A DNA stretch of 64,000 nucleotides from Desulfurellales bacterium (GCA_027064065.1 JAMOQJ010000012.1:19-64018); one strand, 5' to 3'. Shown: positions 41,719 to 52,943, counted from the first letter of the stretch. Program-made: numbers and translations. The notes: a model not told the origin generated them from the sequence alone.

Positions 41719-41934
41719 CTATTGTTCTTTACTGAAATATCCTTTATATTTTTTAGTAAATTTCTCTACTCTTCCCGTTTCGTCAACCATTTTCTGTTTT
41801 CCTGTAAAGAATGGATGACATTTAGAACATACCTGAACGGTTAAATTTTCTACTGTTGACCTTGTTACGATTTCATTGCCACAAGCACATCTAATAGTCG
41901 TTAATTCGTATTTAGGATGTATATCTTTTTTCAT
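41719..41934 (-). CDS. rpmE: 50S ribosomal protein L31 (Zn-binding type)
   Basis: [13 protein letters not shown] and [10 protein letters not shown] motifs. Confidence 0.98.
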   Translation of the reverse strand: MKKDIHPKYELTTIRCACGNEIVTRSTVENLTVQVCSKCHPFFTGKQKMVDETGRVEKFTKKYKGYFSKEQ

Positions 41935-42103
41935 CGTGCGCGCTTAGCCTCCCTTTCCTTCAGCAAAATTTTAGCTAAATTACCACATTTTATAATAATA
42001 GGCAAGAGTAAAAACTGATTGAATAATAAATTCTTTAAGGATGTGTCGCTATATTTTTATTTCATAGATAATCTACATAAAACGAAAAGATTCCCGTAAC
42101 ATA

Positions 42104-43321
42104 TTAATTTTCAAAAACCGATTCAAAATCATACAAAAACACCTTAACATTTTCTCCTTTTGCTATTTCTCCTATTCTTTCACCTTCCACCATACAAAAA
42201 CCGTTACACGTGGCTATAGATTCGATTATATTTGAGCCTTGCGTTTCAAACGGCGTTGCATAAAAATTACTATCTTTAAATTCAACCTTAACCCTGTTAA
42301 AGTGCACCCTATCGTTTCTCTTTTTCATTGATTTAGTAAGTTGAGCGTCTATTGGTATATGTTTATATTTTTTGTATCCAAGCATTTTTTTTAGTGCAGG
42401 AATAAGATAAAAGAATGAGCAAAACGCCGTGGACACAGGGTTGCCCGGAAAAGAAAATATAAAACTGTTATTGATTTTTCCAAACGCAAATGGCTTTCCG
42501 GGTTTTTGTTTTACGTATTTAAACGCCCATTCTATATTCATTTCTTTTTCTATGTTGGTTACTATGTCGAAATCCCCAAACGATATACCGGCGGTAGTTA
42601 TTATGATGTCATAATTTAAAGCATAATCTAATAATTTTTTAAGACTGTCTTTAGAATCCTTTGCTATGCCGAGATATGACGCATCTATACCCAATTCTTT
42701 TAAGATATACCTTATAAAAAAACTGTTTGAGTCTATTGTGGCGTTTTGGTCGTTGTCGCCCGGATAATTTAACTCATCACCTGTGGCTATTACGCAAACG
42801 GTCGGTTTTTTGTAGACGTCGACAAAAATATTGCCTGTGGATACTATCCTTGAGAGTCTATAAGGGTTAATCTTTTCTCCAACAAAGTCTATCGTTTCAC
42901 CTTTTTTAATGTCTTCACCTTTAAATCTGATATTTGCATGCTGTTTTTTTTCTTTTAATATTTCTACGATGCCGTTTTCTTCTTTTGTCAGCTCAAATTC
43001 GACTACGCAATCCGCACCTTCGGGTATAAATGCCCCTGTCATTATTCTGTAACATTCACCATCTTTTATGGATAGATTATCTACAGAATCGCCTGCTTTT
43101 ATCGTTCCTTTCACTTTAAGTTTTACAGGTGTTTTAAGTATGTCGGAATGTTTAAGTGCGTATCCGTCCATTGCAGAATTATCCAAAGGCGGTAAATCCA
43201 GTTTGGAGTATATAGGCTTTGCCACAACCCTGTTTTGTGCGTCGAATACCGAAACCTTTTCTATTCCAAATGTTTTAACGCTTTTTAAGATTGTATCAAG
43301 TGCTTCTGAAGGCATAATCAT
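42104..43321 (-). CDS. moeA: Molybdopterin molybdotransferase
   Basis: NSAMDGYA, RIMTGA, TGDEL, KPGKP and PGNPVS motifs; ATG at 43321 after GGGGGA. Confidence 0.95.
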   Translation of the reverse strand: MIMPSEALDTILKSVKTFGIEKVSVFDAQNRVVAKPIYSKLDLPPLDNSAMDGYALKHSDILKTPVKLKVKGTIKAGDSVDNLSIKDGECYRIMTGAFIPEGADCVVEFELTKEENGIVEILKEKKQHANIRFKGEDIKKGETIDFVGEKINPYRLSRIVSTGNIFVDVYKKPTVCVIATGDELNYPGDNDQNATIDSNSFFIRYILKELGIDASYLGIAKDSKDSLKKLLDYALNYDIIITTAGISFGDFDIVTNIEKEMNIEWAFKYVKQKPGKPFAFGKINNSFIFSFPGNPVSTAFCSFFYLIPALKKMLGYKKYKHIPIDAQLTKSMKKRNDRVHFNRVKVEFKDSNFYATPFETQGSNIIESIATCNGFCMVEGERIGEIAKGENVKVFLYDFESVFEN

Positions 43322-43563
43322 AATAACTAAATCCCCCAATTTTTAATTAATCTAATAACTATTTTTAAATATTTAAAAATTAAAGTCAAGGAAAAGGCTT
43401 TGGTTTTAGAATTTGACCTTATGCAAAGTATACCAATATTTTATGTCCTTTCAAAACGAAATTATCAAATCCTTTCAGGTAGATTTATTATTGATTATTC
43501 TTTAATCTCAAACCTTATCTTCATTGCTGTTGTAAAATTGGTATTGTGTTTGAAAATAAAAAT

Positions 43564-43620
43564 AGTATGAAAACCCTAAGCTGTTGTTGCTATTTGGTAG
43601 CGTCATAGAGTTTTCATACT
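43564..43620. repeat. Inverted repeat downstream of ackA
   Basis: AGTATGAAAAC...GTTTTCATACT, perfect 11-bp arms with a 35-bp spacer. Confidence 0.7.
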
Positions 43621-43634
43621 TAAATTAAATACGT

Positions 43635-44882
43635 TTATTTTAGGAATGTGTATGGATATTTTGTATGGTCGGTATATGTTCCCGACATAATTGCTACAAC
43701 ATCTTCGATAAAAACTCTTTCTTCATTTGTGGGTATGACAAATACTTTTACTTTGGAATCATCGGTGGATATTGTCGACTCTCCGTCCCTGCCTCTTACT
43801 TCAAAGTTTTTCTCAAGGTCTAATTTTATACCGAGATTTTCCAATCCCTCTAACGCCATTTGTCTTATAAGCCAAGCATTTTCGCCGACACCTGCTGTAA
43901 AAACGATAGCATCAACCCTGCCAAGCACAGCATAATAAGCACCTATATATTTCTTTATTCTATATGCCTCAACTTCCAATGCAACTTTACATCTTATATC
44001 ATGATGCTCTTCACCATCCAAAACATCCCTTCTATCTGTATATTTTCCCGTTAAACCTAAGATACCTGATTTTTTGTTGAGTATATCGCACATTGTATGG
44101 GCATCCACACCTAACTGTTTTTGCATAAACAATGGAATGGCAGGGTCTATATCTCCACATCTTGTTCCCATAACTGCGCCTTCCAAGGGAGTCAAGCCCA
44201 TAGAGGTGTCTACAGAAATACCGTTTTTAATTGCGCAGTGAGAGGCACCGTTGCCTATATGCATAGTTATCAAATTGCACTCTTCAGGTTTTTTGCCAAG
44301 CATTACGGCAGCTCTTTTTGAAACATACAGATGGCTTGTTCCGTGGAATCCATACCTTCTTACACCGTAGTTTTCATACCATTCGTATGGAACGGCATAC
44401 ATATAGGCATGTCTTTTCATTGTCTGGTGAAAGGCTGTATCAAAGATGGCAACATGTGGAACTGTAGGCAAAAGCTCTTGTGCAGCTTTAATTCCCGATA
44501 GATTTGGAGGATTGTGAAGAGGAGCAAGATGTTGAACCGATTCTATGGCTTTTATAACTTCATCATCTATTTCAACGCTGCTTTTAAACTTTTCTCCGCC
44601 ATGAACAACCCTATGCCCTACAGCGGCAATTTCCTTTATGTCGTTGATTACTTTATGTTCTCCCTGTGTTAGCGTTTTTATAACAAGATTTATAGCCGTA
44701 TTGTGGTCATTGCACTCATACTCTTCCCTGAATGTTTCTCTTCCGGGAACCTCGTGAACAATAAAAGAATCGCCTATACCTACTCTTTCAACAACACCCT
44801 TTGCAAGAAGTTGGTCTGTATTCCAATTAAATAATTGGTATTTAACAGATGAACTTCCACAGTTTAAAGCTAAAATTTTCAT
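43635..44882 (-). CDS. ackA: Acetate kinase
   Basis: NCGSSS, GHRVVHGG, APLHNP, DTAFH, YGFHGTSH and TNEE motifs. Confidence 0.98.
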   Translation of the reverse strand: MKILALNCGSSSVKYQLFNWNTDQLLAKGVVERVGIGDSFIVHEVPGRETFREEYECNDHNTAINLVIKTLTQGEHKVINDIKEIAAVGHRVVHGGEKFKSSVEIDDEVIKAIESVQHLAPLHNPPNLSGIKAAQELLPTVPHVAIFDTAFHQTMKRHAYMYAVPYEWYENYGVRRYGFHGTSHLYVSKRAAVMLGKKPEECNLITMHIGNGASHCAIKNGISVDTSMGLTPLEGAVMGTRCGDIDPAIPLFMQKQLGVDAHTMCDILNKKSGILGLTGKYTDRRDVLDGEEHHDIRCKVALEVEAYRIKKYIGAYYAVLGRVDAIVFTAGVGENAWLIRQMALEGLENLGIKLDLEKNFEVRGRDGESTISTDDSKVKVFVIPTNEERVFIEDVVAIMSGTYTDHTKYPYTFLK

Positions 44883-44895
44883 ACTACTCCCTCCT

Positions 44896-45882
44896 TTAAG
44901 CTTGTAGAGATGTTATTACGGCAACATCTACTATATCTGTATATTTGCACCCTCTTGATAAATCATTAACTGGTTTGTTTAGTCCTTGAATAATCGGACC
45001 GATAGCTTCTGCTGATGCCAGCCTTTCAACAAGTTTATAGGCAATATTTCCTGCGTCAAGGTCAGGAAATATCAACACATTTGCATTTCCCGCAACACTG
45101 CTTCCCGGGGCTTTTCTATTTCCTACAGATTCAACCAAGGCAGCATCTGCCTGAAGTTCTCCATCCACACTTAAATCAGGATATCTATCTTGTAAAATTT
45201 TTGTTGCTTCTATAACCTTGTCAACATCAGGGTGCGATGCGCTGTTCTTTGTTGAGAATGAAAGCATGGCAATTTTTGGTTCTTCATCTAAAAATGACCT
45301 GCAGCTATCAGCAGTTGCTGATGCTATCTCAGCAAGTGTTTCGGCATTAGGATTAGGATTTACTGCGCAGTCCGCAAAAAGTAAAACACCGTTTTTACCG
45401 AATTCTTTTTTTGGAGTTACCATTATAAAACAGCTTGAAACCGTTTTTACTCCCGGTTTTGTTCCTATAATTCTAATGGCTGCCCTTAAGACATCTGCCG
45501 TAACATGGCATGCTCCCGTAACACAACCATCGGCAAAGCCTTTTTCTACAAGCATACATCCGAAATAGTTTTCATCTTTCATGGTTTCTAATGCTTCCTG
45601 CTCGCTAATACCTTTATTTTTACGCTTTTCATAATAGTATGAAGCAAAGTCGCTTAGATAATTATTGTCCGACGGGTCTATTATCTCGCACTTTGCACTG
45701 TAGCCTTTAGCTTTAAACTTAGATGAAATCTCATCCTTATTACCCAGGACAATCACATTTGCAAGAGAATTTTTTTCAATTGACTCAATAGCGTCAATAG
45801 TTCGGCTGTCATTTCCTTCGGGTAATACAATTGTTTTTTTCAACTGTTTAGCCCTTTCCCAAAACTCATTCATTAAAGACAT
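44896..45882 (-). CDS. pta: Phosphate acetyltransferase
   Basis: [29 protein letters not shown] and NDLSRG motifs. Confidence 0.97.
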   Translation of the reverse strand: MSLMNEFWERAKQLKKTIVLPEGNDSRTIDAIESIEKNSLANVIVLGNKDEISSKFKAKGYSAKCEIIDPSDNNYLSDFASYYYEKRKNKGISEQEALETMKDENYFGCMLVEKGFADGCVTGACHVTADVLRAAIRIIGTKPGVKTVSSCFIMVTPKKEFGKNGVLLFADCAVNPNPNAETLAEIASATADSCRSFLDEEPKIAMLSFSTKNSASHPDVDKVIEATKILQDRYPDLSVDGELQADAALVESVGNRKAPGSSVAGNANVLIFPDLDAGNIAYKLVERLASAEAIGPIIQGLNKPVNDLSRGCKYTDIVDVAVITSLQA

Positions 45883-46151
45883 ACCTAATATCCTCCAAAA
45901 ACAAAATATTTATATATATGTTATCATACGCTTTTTAACATATATTAGTTCTTTTGTCAAGCGAAAGTATAAAATATTAATGATAGTTATATATATACTA
46001 ATATATACTACATAATGAAACCTATAATTAAAAAAATAATTAGTAAAATTCAGTGTATGATGTTTTTAAAATCTATCGAAATAGGATATTATTGAAAAAG
46101 TAAATGGAAACATTATGCCCAAACTGCAATGAACTTAGACGAACTGAAAAT

Positions 46152-46186
46152 AAAAAAGGCGGATAGGTGATTAAGCCCATCCGCCC
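46152..46186 (-). terminator. Intrinsic terminator of the RRM gene
   Basis: GGCGGAT...ATCCGCC stem with an A6 run on the plus strand (U-tract on minus). Confidence 0.75.
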
Positions 46187-46218
46187 TAAGTTTTATAGAA
46201 AACTGTTAATTTCCGATA

Positions 46219-46485
46219 TTAAAAACGCTCTCTTCTTGGTTCACGCTTTTTAGCTTCGTTGATGCGCAAATTTCTTCCATCCATCTCAACTCCGTTAAGA
46301 GAATCAATGGCGCTATTTGCCTCATCTTGGTCTAATTCAACAAATCCAAATCCTCTGGATCTTCCAGTTTCGCGGTCGGTAATTACCTTCACAGAACTAA
46401 CTGTCTCATAATCTGAAAAGAAATTTCTTAAATCCTCTTCAGACGAATTGAAAGATAAATTCCCAACATACAAAGTCTTAACCAT
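46219..46485 (-). CDS. RRM-domain RNA-binding protein
   Basis: RNP2 LYVGNL and RNP1 RGFGFV; ATG at 46485 after GAGGTG. Confidence 0.95.
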   Translation of the reverse strand: MVKTLYVGNLSFNSSEEDLRNFFSDYETVSSVKVITDRETGRSRGFGFVELDQDEANSAIDSLNGVEMDGRNLRINEAKKREPRRERF

Positions 46486-46648
46486 AAAAAAACACCTCAA
46501 AAAATCAATTTGCCGATATTAAGTATATACCGACACTTCCTTGAAAAACAAATAAATGTATGTAACAAGGTCTTGAGAGAGATACTACAATAATTAAATA
46601 GATAAGTCAAGTAAATAAATATAATATATCATTTTTTTATATATCGCA

Positions 46649-49600
46649 TTATTTCGCTACTGCATCTTTCTTTTTCCTATCAAACATATACGCAAACATA
46701 GGAACATAGATGAGTGTCAAAAATGTCCCAACTATAAGTCCACCGACGGCAACATCAGCCAGTGGCGAAAGCCTCTCCAATCCCACGGCATTTTCAAGCG
46801 CAATTGGAATCATACCCGCAATTGTTCCAAATGCTGTCATCATAACAGGCCTAAATCTAACTTTTACACTTTCAACGGCGGATTCAAACGGCGGATTCTT
46901 TTTTCTGTAATTTTGATAAAAATCAATCAGCAAAACAGAGTTTTTTATGATTATTCCAAATAATAGCAGCACTCCCATCATTGAAGGCATACAGCTCGGT
47001 TTGTTTAGAATAAGCATACCCCATGCTGCTCCTATCATAGACATAGGCAGAACAACAATCATAACCAAAGCCATAGTAACGGAACGATATATTGCAATGA
47101 GTGTCATTGTTAAAATTATAACGCCTATTAGTATTGCTTTTATCATCCTTTTAAAACTATCATTTAATTGAGCTATGTCGCCCGCTTGTGAAATTTTATA
47201 ACCGTCTGTATCTATATGTTTTAGAATATTGTTACTGTCGCCGGTTATGATGGTTATGGGTTTTTTTGTTCTGTATCCATTAACGTCTACGCTATACAAC
47301 AAATCGTCTCTCTCTATCTTAGCTGCCGTAAATTGTTTTTTAAATGTTGCAAATTCTCCAAGAGGTATATATCCATATTTGGTTTTTATCGGTATAAGTT
47401 TAATGCTATCTAAGTTTTCGTTAAACTTGCCCTTTAAATAGATTCTTACAAGTTGTGTATTCATAGAAGCAAAATCACCATTTAAGGATGCAATACGGCC
47501 GTTTATGGGTATCTGCATGGCTATTTGGTAAGGTGTTAAACCATAGCTTAGCGCTTTATTGGTATCAATAGATACCTTAATTTCACTAAAATCACTATTC
47601 CAACTTGTATCTATGGATGTCAAACCTTTTATCTTACCAATTGCTTTTGCAATTTCATTTGCTTTTTGCGGGAGTATGTCGTCGTTGGGACTTTCTATTC
47701 GTATGTCTAACGGAGCTTTTATGGTTGACATAGCTGTAGCGCCAAAATCATACACATCGGCACTTTTTAATCCTTGAATTGTGTGTAGCTTATCTCTTAT
47801 TTTGTTTTCTATTTGCCAGATAGTCAATTTTCTATGAAATCTATCAACACAGTTTACGGTTATTGTAGCTTCGCTTGGCAAGTTGCCACTGCCTAATGAT
47901 AAAACCCCGGCTTCTGAACCAAAAGCAACCGAGCTCATAGCTACATATTTTTTGCTGTGCAACCAAGTTAAAAACGGTTTTATCCTATCTTCTGCTACAT
48001 TGACAGTGTCATTTGAGCTAAATTTTACATGCGCTTTTATGATTCCCGTATCCATAGGCGGCATTAAATCTCTTCCTATTACCGGCATAACATTTTTCAT
48101 ACTAAGAATAAATACCAAAAAAACACCGACGATAAGCAGTGTTCTTTTTAAAATATACCCGCCACTATTTGAAAATTGCAAAATACCTATGTATCCGCCT
48201 GTCATTCTTCCTATTGTTTTTTGGTAGAATGTTTCAAAAAGTTTTTCTAATTTTGTTTTGTCTGTACCGTTTTTATATAGGTATATGGAGAGTTTGGGAA
48301 TAAATGTGATTGATAAAAAATAGGAAACAAGCAAGGATATTATGAGTGTGGAAATTAACGGTCTAAATATTTTTTGTGGAAAATCGCCGACAAACATCAA
48401 TGGGAATAAAATGACAATGGTAGATAAGGTGCCGGCAAATACAGGTCCTATAACCTCTTTTGTGCCATGTTCTATGGCTGTCTCCAAATCTTCTTTAAGT
48501 TCATTCAAGTGCCGCTCTATATTTTCAAGCACAACCACGGCATCGTCTGTAAGCATACCAAGTGATAAGATTATTGCAGTGTATACAACAATATTCAACT
48601 CACCGCCTGTAAGCCATATGATAGCAATGGTCGAAAAGAACACCATAGGTATCGATATGCCTGCAGCTATAAGGGCTCTAAAGTTTCCAAGAAATATCAT
48701 TAATACAATAAGTGTATAAATAATGGCATCGCGCAGTGCTTCAAGCATATTTGTGTTTGAGGTTTTTATTAAATTTCTCTGCGTATCCGATATCTGAAAA
48801 TCTATATTAGGGTATCTTTCTTCTATCTTTGCTATTTCAGCTCTTGCTGCATTTGATACATCGAGCACACTGCCGCCAGGCGCTCTTTGTATGGATAATG
48901 CTATGGCATCTTTGCCATTTCCCATATATCCGCTGAAGCGTTTTTGGTGTGACCATGTAACATTCGCAACACTGCCCAAGGTTATGTTCGGTGCGATTTT
49001 TATGTTCTTTAGCCTTTCTATCTCGTCCTTTTCTCCATAGTATGTAAGGGTTAAGAAATTATCTTTGCTTTTCATAAAACCCATAGGCAAATCTTTGTTT
49101 ATTGACCTTACGGCATTTATTATTTTATCTGTTGAAAGGTTGTATTTTGCAACCTTGTAAGGGTCTATTTCAATATTTATGGCACTTTGATATCCTCCGA
49201 AAACCTCTACATTTCCAATACGCTTATTGCTCAAAAGGTATGGTTTGATAAAACTATCTGCAATCTTTCTTATATCAGCAAGTGTAATATTTGAGTTTTT
49301 CGGACTTAATGCAACGACATCGACAGGAAGGGTAAAGCTTCCTACTGTGTAGATTGCAGGATTTGCATTGCTTGGTAGTTTTGATTTTGCAATAGATAAT
49401 GCGTTTGCAACATCAACAGCAGCATTTTCCAATCCTTTTTTATACTCAAACTCAGCCTTTACTATTGAAAAATTGGCGACATTTGTACTGCTTACATCTC
49501 TCACCAAACTCAATCTTGACAGTTCCTGCTCTATCGGCTTTGAAACGGAACTTGCAGCAACCTTTGCTGTTGCTCCCGGAATTTGGGTAATAACAACAAC

Positions 49601-49726
49601 CTGCGGCCTATCGCTATCAGGGAAGAGATTTTTAGGCAAGTCTATAAGTCCGACTATTCCAAGAACAAATAGAAGGGCTATAATACTAAAAAGCGTATAT
49701 GGACGTTTATAAAAATAATCAAACAT
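46649..49726 (-). CDS. RND efflux permease
   Basis: 1025 aa; TDDAVVVLENI, IIKNSVLL and RFRPVMMT proton-relay motifs. Confidence 0.95.
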   Translation of the reverse strand: MFDYFYKRPYTLFSIIALLFVLGIVGLIDLPKNLFPDSDRPQVVVITQIPGATAKVAASSVSKPIEQELSRLSLVRDVSSTNVANFSIVKAEFEYKKGLENAAVDVANALSIAKSKLPSNANPAIYTVGSFTLPVDVVALSPKNSNITLADIRKIADSFIKPYLLSNKRIGNVEVFGGYQSAINIEIDPYKVAKYNLSTDKIINAVRSINKDLPMGFMKSKDNFLTLTYYGEKDEIERLKNIKIAPNITLGSVANVTWSHQKRFSGYMGNGKDAIALSIQRAPGGSVLDVSNAARAEIAKIEERYPNIDFQISDTQRNLIKTSNTNMLEALRDAIIYTLIVLMIFLGNFRALIAAGISIPMVFFSTIAIIWLTGGELNIVVYTAIILSLGMLTDDAVVVLENIERHLNELKEDLETAIEHGTKEVIGPVFAGTLSTIVILFPLMFVGDFPQKIFRPLISTLIISLLVSYFLSITFIPKLSIYLYKNGTDKTKLEKLFETFYQKTIGRMTGGYIGILQFSNSGGYILKRTLLIVGVFLVFILSMKNVMPVIGRDLMPPMDTGIIKAHVKFSSNDTVNVAEDRIKPFLTWLHSKKYVAMSSVAFGSEAGVLSLGSGNLPSEATITVNCVDRFHRKLTIWQIENKIRDKLHTIQGLKSADVYDFGATAMSTIKAPLDIRIESPNDDILPQKANEIAKAIGKIKGLTSIDTSWNSDFSEIKVSIDTNKALSYGLTPYQIAMQIPINGRIASLNGDFASMNTQLVRIYLKGKFNENLDSIKLIPIKTKYGYIPLGEFATFKKQFTAAKIERDDLLYSVDVNGYRTKKPITIITGDSNNILKHIDTDGYKISQAGDIAQLNDSFKRMIKAILIGVIILTMTLIAIYRSVTMALVMIVVLPMSMIGAAWGMLILNKPSCMPSMMGVLLLFGIIIKNSVLLIDFYQNYRKKNPPFESAVESVKVRFRPVMMTAFGTIAGMIPIALENAVGLERLSPLADVAVGGLIVGTFLTLIYVPMFAYMFDRKKKDAVAK

Positions 49727-50809
49727 CTATTGCTCCTTTTTTATTAAAGCACCGCTAAAAAGTTTTAGAAGTATATCCGGTTTTGCAACAACCAACTCTT
49801 TATCTATCAGTGTTTCATCGTTTACAGCCAATCCTTCTTCACCGCTTGCAACGATATCGATTTCTTTTGGAGTTGCTCTATTGTTAGATGCTATAAACAC
49901 ATAATTTTTATCATTATCATTCAAGATTGCATCAATTGGCAGTTTTATCGCTTTGCCGTTAAAAACAACCACACCTATCTCCACTCTTGAGTTGGTGTTT
50001 ATGGTTGTTTCCACGTCGGCTTTATATTCGTTTAGTCCGTTAAATGTGCCGTTCAATGCTTCTATCGGATAAAATTTATTATTAAAGATAATGCCTTTTG
50101 GGTTTACATTTTGGGGAAGTCTGACAAGAATATACTTTTCGCCTTCTGATGATATTTCATATATGGGCTTGCCCGGCATTGCAATATCTCCGACATTAAA
50201 GAATCTTTTACTTATAACACCGTCAACCGGTGATTTAATTAATGCATAGCCAAGCAGTGTTTTTAACTCGTTTATTGTGCTGTGGACGCTTTTTATCTGT
50301 GCATTTATTGCCGATATATTTGATTTTATGTTTGATAACGCATCTTCTTCTTTTTGATACTGCTCTATGGATGCGCCTTTGACATCCAAGAGCTCTTTTG
50401 TTCTTTTGTGTGTTAGAATCATATTATTTAATGTTAATTTTGCCGAGTTTAGTTTTGAGTTTAATGATTTTAAGGATGATTTTGCAGATACCAACTTTGA
50501 TAGTATGCTGCTCGAATCAAGTTTTGCTACCACTTCGCCCTTTTTTACCTTATCTCCAAGTTGTTTCATAGTGATTATTCTTGCTGCGATTTTTGTTGAG
50601 ATTTTTACATCCAAGCCGCTTTTAACCAAACCCAAACTTGTCATCGTCAATTTAAAACTACTCACTTTGGGCTTAATTGTCTTAACAACTACAGGGTATT
50701 GCTTGACGGGTTTCAGCTTTGCAAGGTCTGACTTTTTCTTTTTTATCAAAGCCACCGCGCCCACAATCAACACAATAGAAACCAATATTATAATTACATT
50801 CTTTTTCAC
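49727..50809 (-). CDS. RND periplasmic adaptor (MFP)
   Basis: N-terminal anchor, GDKVKKGEVVAKLD, helical hairpin and IKSPVDGVI. Confidence 0.92.
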   Translation of the reverse strand: MKKNVIIILVSIVLIVGAVALIKKKKSDLAKLKPVKQYPVVVKTIKPKVSSFKLTMTSLGLVKSGLDVKISTKIAARIITMKQLGDKVKKGEVVAKLDSSSILSKLVSAKSSLKSLNSKLNSAKLTLNNMILTHKRTKELLDVKGASIEQYQKEEDALSNIKSNISAINAQIKSVHSTINELKTLLGYALIKSPVDGVISKRFFNVGDIAMPGKPIYEISSEGEKYILVRLPQNVNPKGIIFNNKFYPIEALNGTFNGLNEYKADVETTINTNSRVEIGVVVFNGKAIKLPIDAILNDNDKNYVFIASNNRATPKEIDIVASGEEGLAVNDETLIDKELVVAKPDILLKLFSGALIKKEQ

Positions 50810-52083
50810 TTTACCATCTCCTCCAAGTTATTTCCGTATATAACGGCAAGTTTCGAAAATATATTCCATTTTTTGTAATGTAGGTTAAAAAGATTGGCTT
50901 TTGCTCTAAAGAGAGCATCTTCATATCTTAAATACTCTTCTTCAGTCATTCTTTGATTTTTAAATGCTACTTTAGCGTACCTTAAAAGCTGTTTTTGATT
51001 TTGAACGCTTTTTAGAGCAATCTTGATAGATTTATTTACTATATCCAACTCTTTGTTTAAAGCATAAGATTCGCTGAGCAGTTCAAGTTTGGTCTGTTCA
51101 AGGGTGGATTTGCTTTTTTTATATTCAACTTCTGCTTTTTGAATGTCGGTGTTGATGGTTTTATCAAAAATCGGCATGCTTAAGTATATGCCGACGCTAC
51201 CATAATTTCTTATAACGGATTCATTATTATTGTAGCCTTTTCCAAAATTTCTAAAGATTTGTGATTTAAGTGTTATGCTTGGATATCTTTTTCTTTTTTC
51301 GGATTCAAGTGCATATTTTTGTGCTTTTGTGAATGATTTTATCGGTTTGAGAGCATAGATTTCAGATTCGTTTAAATTGGATGTTTGTTGCATATCTACA
51401 GATTTTTCTAATTTTATGGATGTCAAATTCTCCATTAAGGATTTTAATTTTGTAATATTTGATTCTACAGCTTGTCTTTGTATGTCTATTTGATTGATAT
51501 TTTCATCTATTTTTATTGCCTGTATTTCCGGGATTCTGCCGTTTTTTACACCTATCTCGATGCTCTTTAATGCCGCTTGTAGTGATTTCTTTTTTGCTTC
51601 AAGTGCCAAGGTTAAATTTTCAAGGTATCTTAAATTGGCATTTATCGATACTATCATGGCTTCATTTTGGAGAAGCTTTATCCTTGCTTTTTCCTTGGCG
51701 CTTTTGTGCATCATTTGGGCTTTTTTGCTTAAACTAAATAAAGAATAGACAAAGACAGGCATAGAAAATTTAACGCCAATCTTTCTTATATTTCGACTAA
51801 ACGGTAATGCGCCGTGTTGAGCCATAATGCTAGAGCTTTCTGTTGGTGCGGTCGGTCTTAAATTGGTTGGAGAGCTGAAATGTTCATAACTTGCAAGTCC
51901 GTAAATTTTAGGATAGAAATTTGCATTCACTTTTTGTTTGGATATTTCTGCGGATTTTGTTATGAGCGTGTCTATCTTTGTGATGGGCTGTTTTTTTAGA
52001 GCTTGAAAAAGTTGACTAATTGTTACAGCGCTTGCGTCTACGCTTAAAAAAATAGCCAAAATAAAAACAACAATTTTAATCAT
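50806..52083 (-). CDS. TolC-family outer membrane channel
   Basis: Signal peptide, duplicated YP..(F/L)SMP(V/I)F pattern; RND operon context. Confidence 0.88.
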   Translation of the reverse strand: MIKIVVFILAIFLSVDASAVTISQLFQALKKQPITKIDTLITKSAEISKQKVNANFYPKIYGLASYEHFSSPTNLRPTAPTESSSIMAQHGALPFSRNIRKIGVKFSMPVFVYSLFSLSKKAQMMHKSAKEKARIKLLQNEAMIVSINANLRYLENLTLALEAKKKSLQAALKSIEIGVKNGRIPEIQAIKIDENINQIDIQRQAVESNITKLKSLMENLTSIKLEKSVDMQQTSNLNESEIYALKPIKSFTKAQKYALESEKRKRYPSITLKSQIFRNFGKGYNNNESVIRNYGSVGIYLSMPIFDKTINTDIQKAEVEYKKSKSTLEQTKLELLSESYALNKELDIVNKSIKIALKSVQNQKQLLRYAKVAFKNQRMTEEEYLRYEDALFRAKANLFNLHYKKWNIFSKLAVIYGNNLEEMVK

Positions 52084-52703
52084 TTTACCCCCAATCCTTT
52101 TAAAATTATTTCATACAACTGTCTATTGGCATATTTATCATCTTTGTTGAAGTTTTTTGGAGTATTGTCAAACGTTTCATAGATACTGCTTCTTTTATCC
52201 TTTGTTGTCAAAAGAAAGCTGATTCCGCCTACAATCATGAAGTGAACAAGTTTTGTATCGGTTTTTTTAAATACACCTTCATTATAGCCTTTGTCGAGAA
52301 TATCTTCTAAAATAGAGAGCATTCTTAAAAATTTTTTCATCACCTGTTTTGGAAACAGATAGCACTGTGAAGCAACAGCCCTTAAGAGTATTCTCATAAA
52401 TGTCTCATCTTCTTTTGAGTTAAAATAAAAGGAATCTATGTATGCTTTCAGGGCATCTGTTGCGGTTTTTGTATTTTTAAGCCGTTTTTCCAAATCGTTG
52501 ACTACATTATTTATGCTCTCTGCAAAAACATACTCATACAGAGCTTCTTTGTCTTTGAAATAGTAATATATTGTGGCTTTATTTACCTTAGCTTGTTTTG
52601 CAAGCTCATCCATTGTTGTTCCGTTAAATCCTTTATTTGCAAACATATCCTTAGCCGCAAGTATTATCTTTTCTTTTTTTGCCATGCTGTCTTTCTTGTC
52701 CAT
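52080..52703 (-). CDS. TetR/AcrR family regulator
   Basis: FANKGFNGTTMDELAKQAKVNKATIYYYFKDKEAL HTH. Confidence 0.95.
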   Translation of the reverse strand: MDKKDSMAKKEKIILAAKDMFANKGFNGTTMDELAKQAKVNKATIYYYFKDKEALYEYVFAESINNVVNDLEKRLKNTKTATDALKAYIDSFYFNSKEDETFMRILLRAVASQCYLFPKQVMKKFLRMLSILEDILDKGYNEGVFKKTDTKLVHFMIVGGISFLLTTKDKRSSIYETFDNTPKNFNKDDKYANRQLYEIILKGLGVK

Positions 52704-52728
52704 TAAAAAAATCTCCCTGCATACAGTT

Positions 52729-52768
52729 AACTAAATAGTTAGTTTAACTAATTGGTTGGCAATGTCAA
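52729..52768 (-). promoter_or_regulatory. tetR-operon promoter with two candidate operators
   Basis: TTGACA-16-TAAACT; near-palindromes AACTAAATAGTT (52729-52740) and AACTAATTGGTT (52746-52757) flank or overlap the -10. Confidence 0.6.
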
Positions 52769-52914
52769 TGATAAAAAGTGTTTTCTAAGGTAGCTATTTC
52801 CTGTAAAAATAAAGCAGTTCAACATAATATTTTTACTAAAGGTTAGAAAGGGCGCAAAAAAAGATGTTTATTTATTGTAGAGTGTTGCTAAAAATCTAAC
52901 TATGCACATCTTCC

Positions 52915-52943
52915 TTGATTTTTTCTTTTGTTTTCAGTATTAT
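52915..52943 (+). promoter_or_regulatory. Sigma70-type promoter of the rpsF operon
   Basis: TTGATT-17-TATTAT. Confidence 0.6.

Noticed and set aside
42055..42090. Weak XerC/D dif-like pattern (TTTTCGTTTTA TGTAGA TTATCTATGAA on the minus strand)
   Set aside because: XerD arm matches the consensus only at about half the positions in AT-rich DNA
45883..46150. AT-rich gap with TATATACTA repeats as a possible oriC or CRISPR array
   Set aside because: No DnaA boxes and no repeat-spacer periodicity; consistent with the pta promoter region
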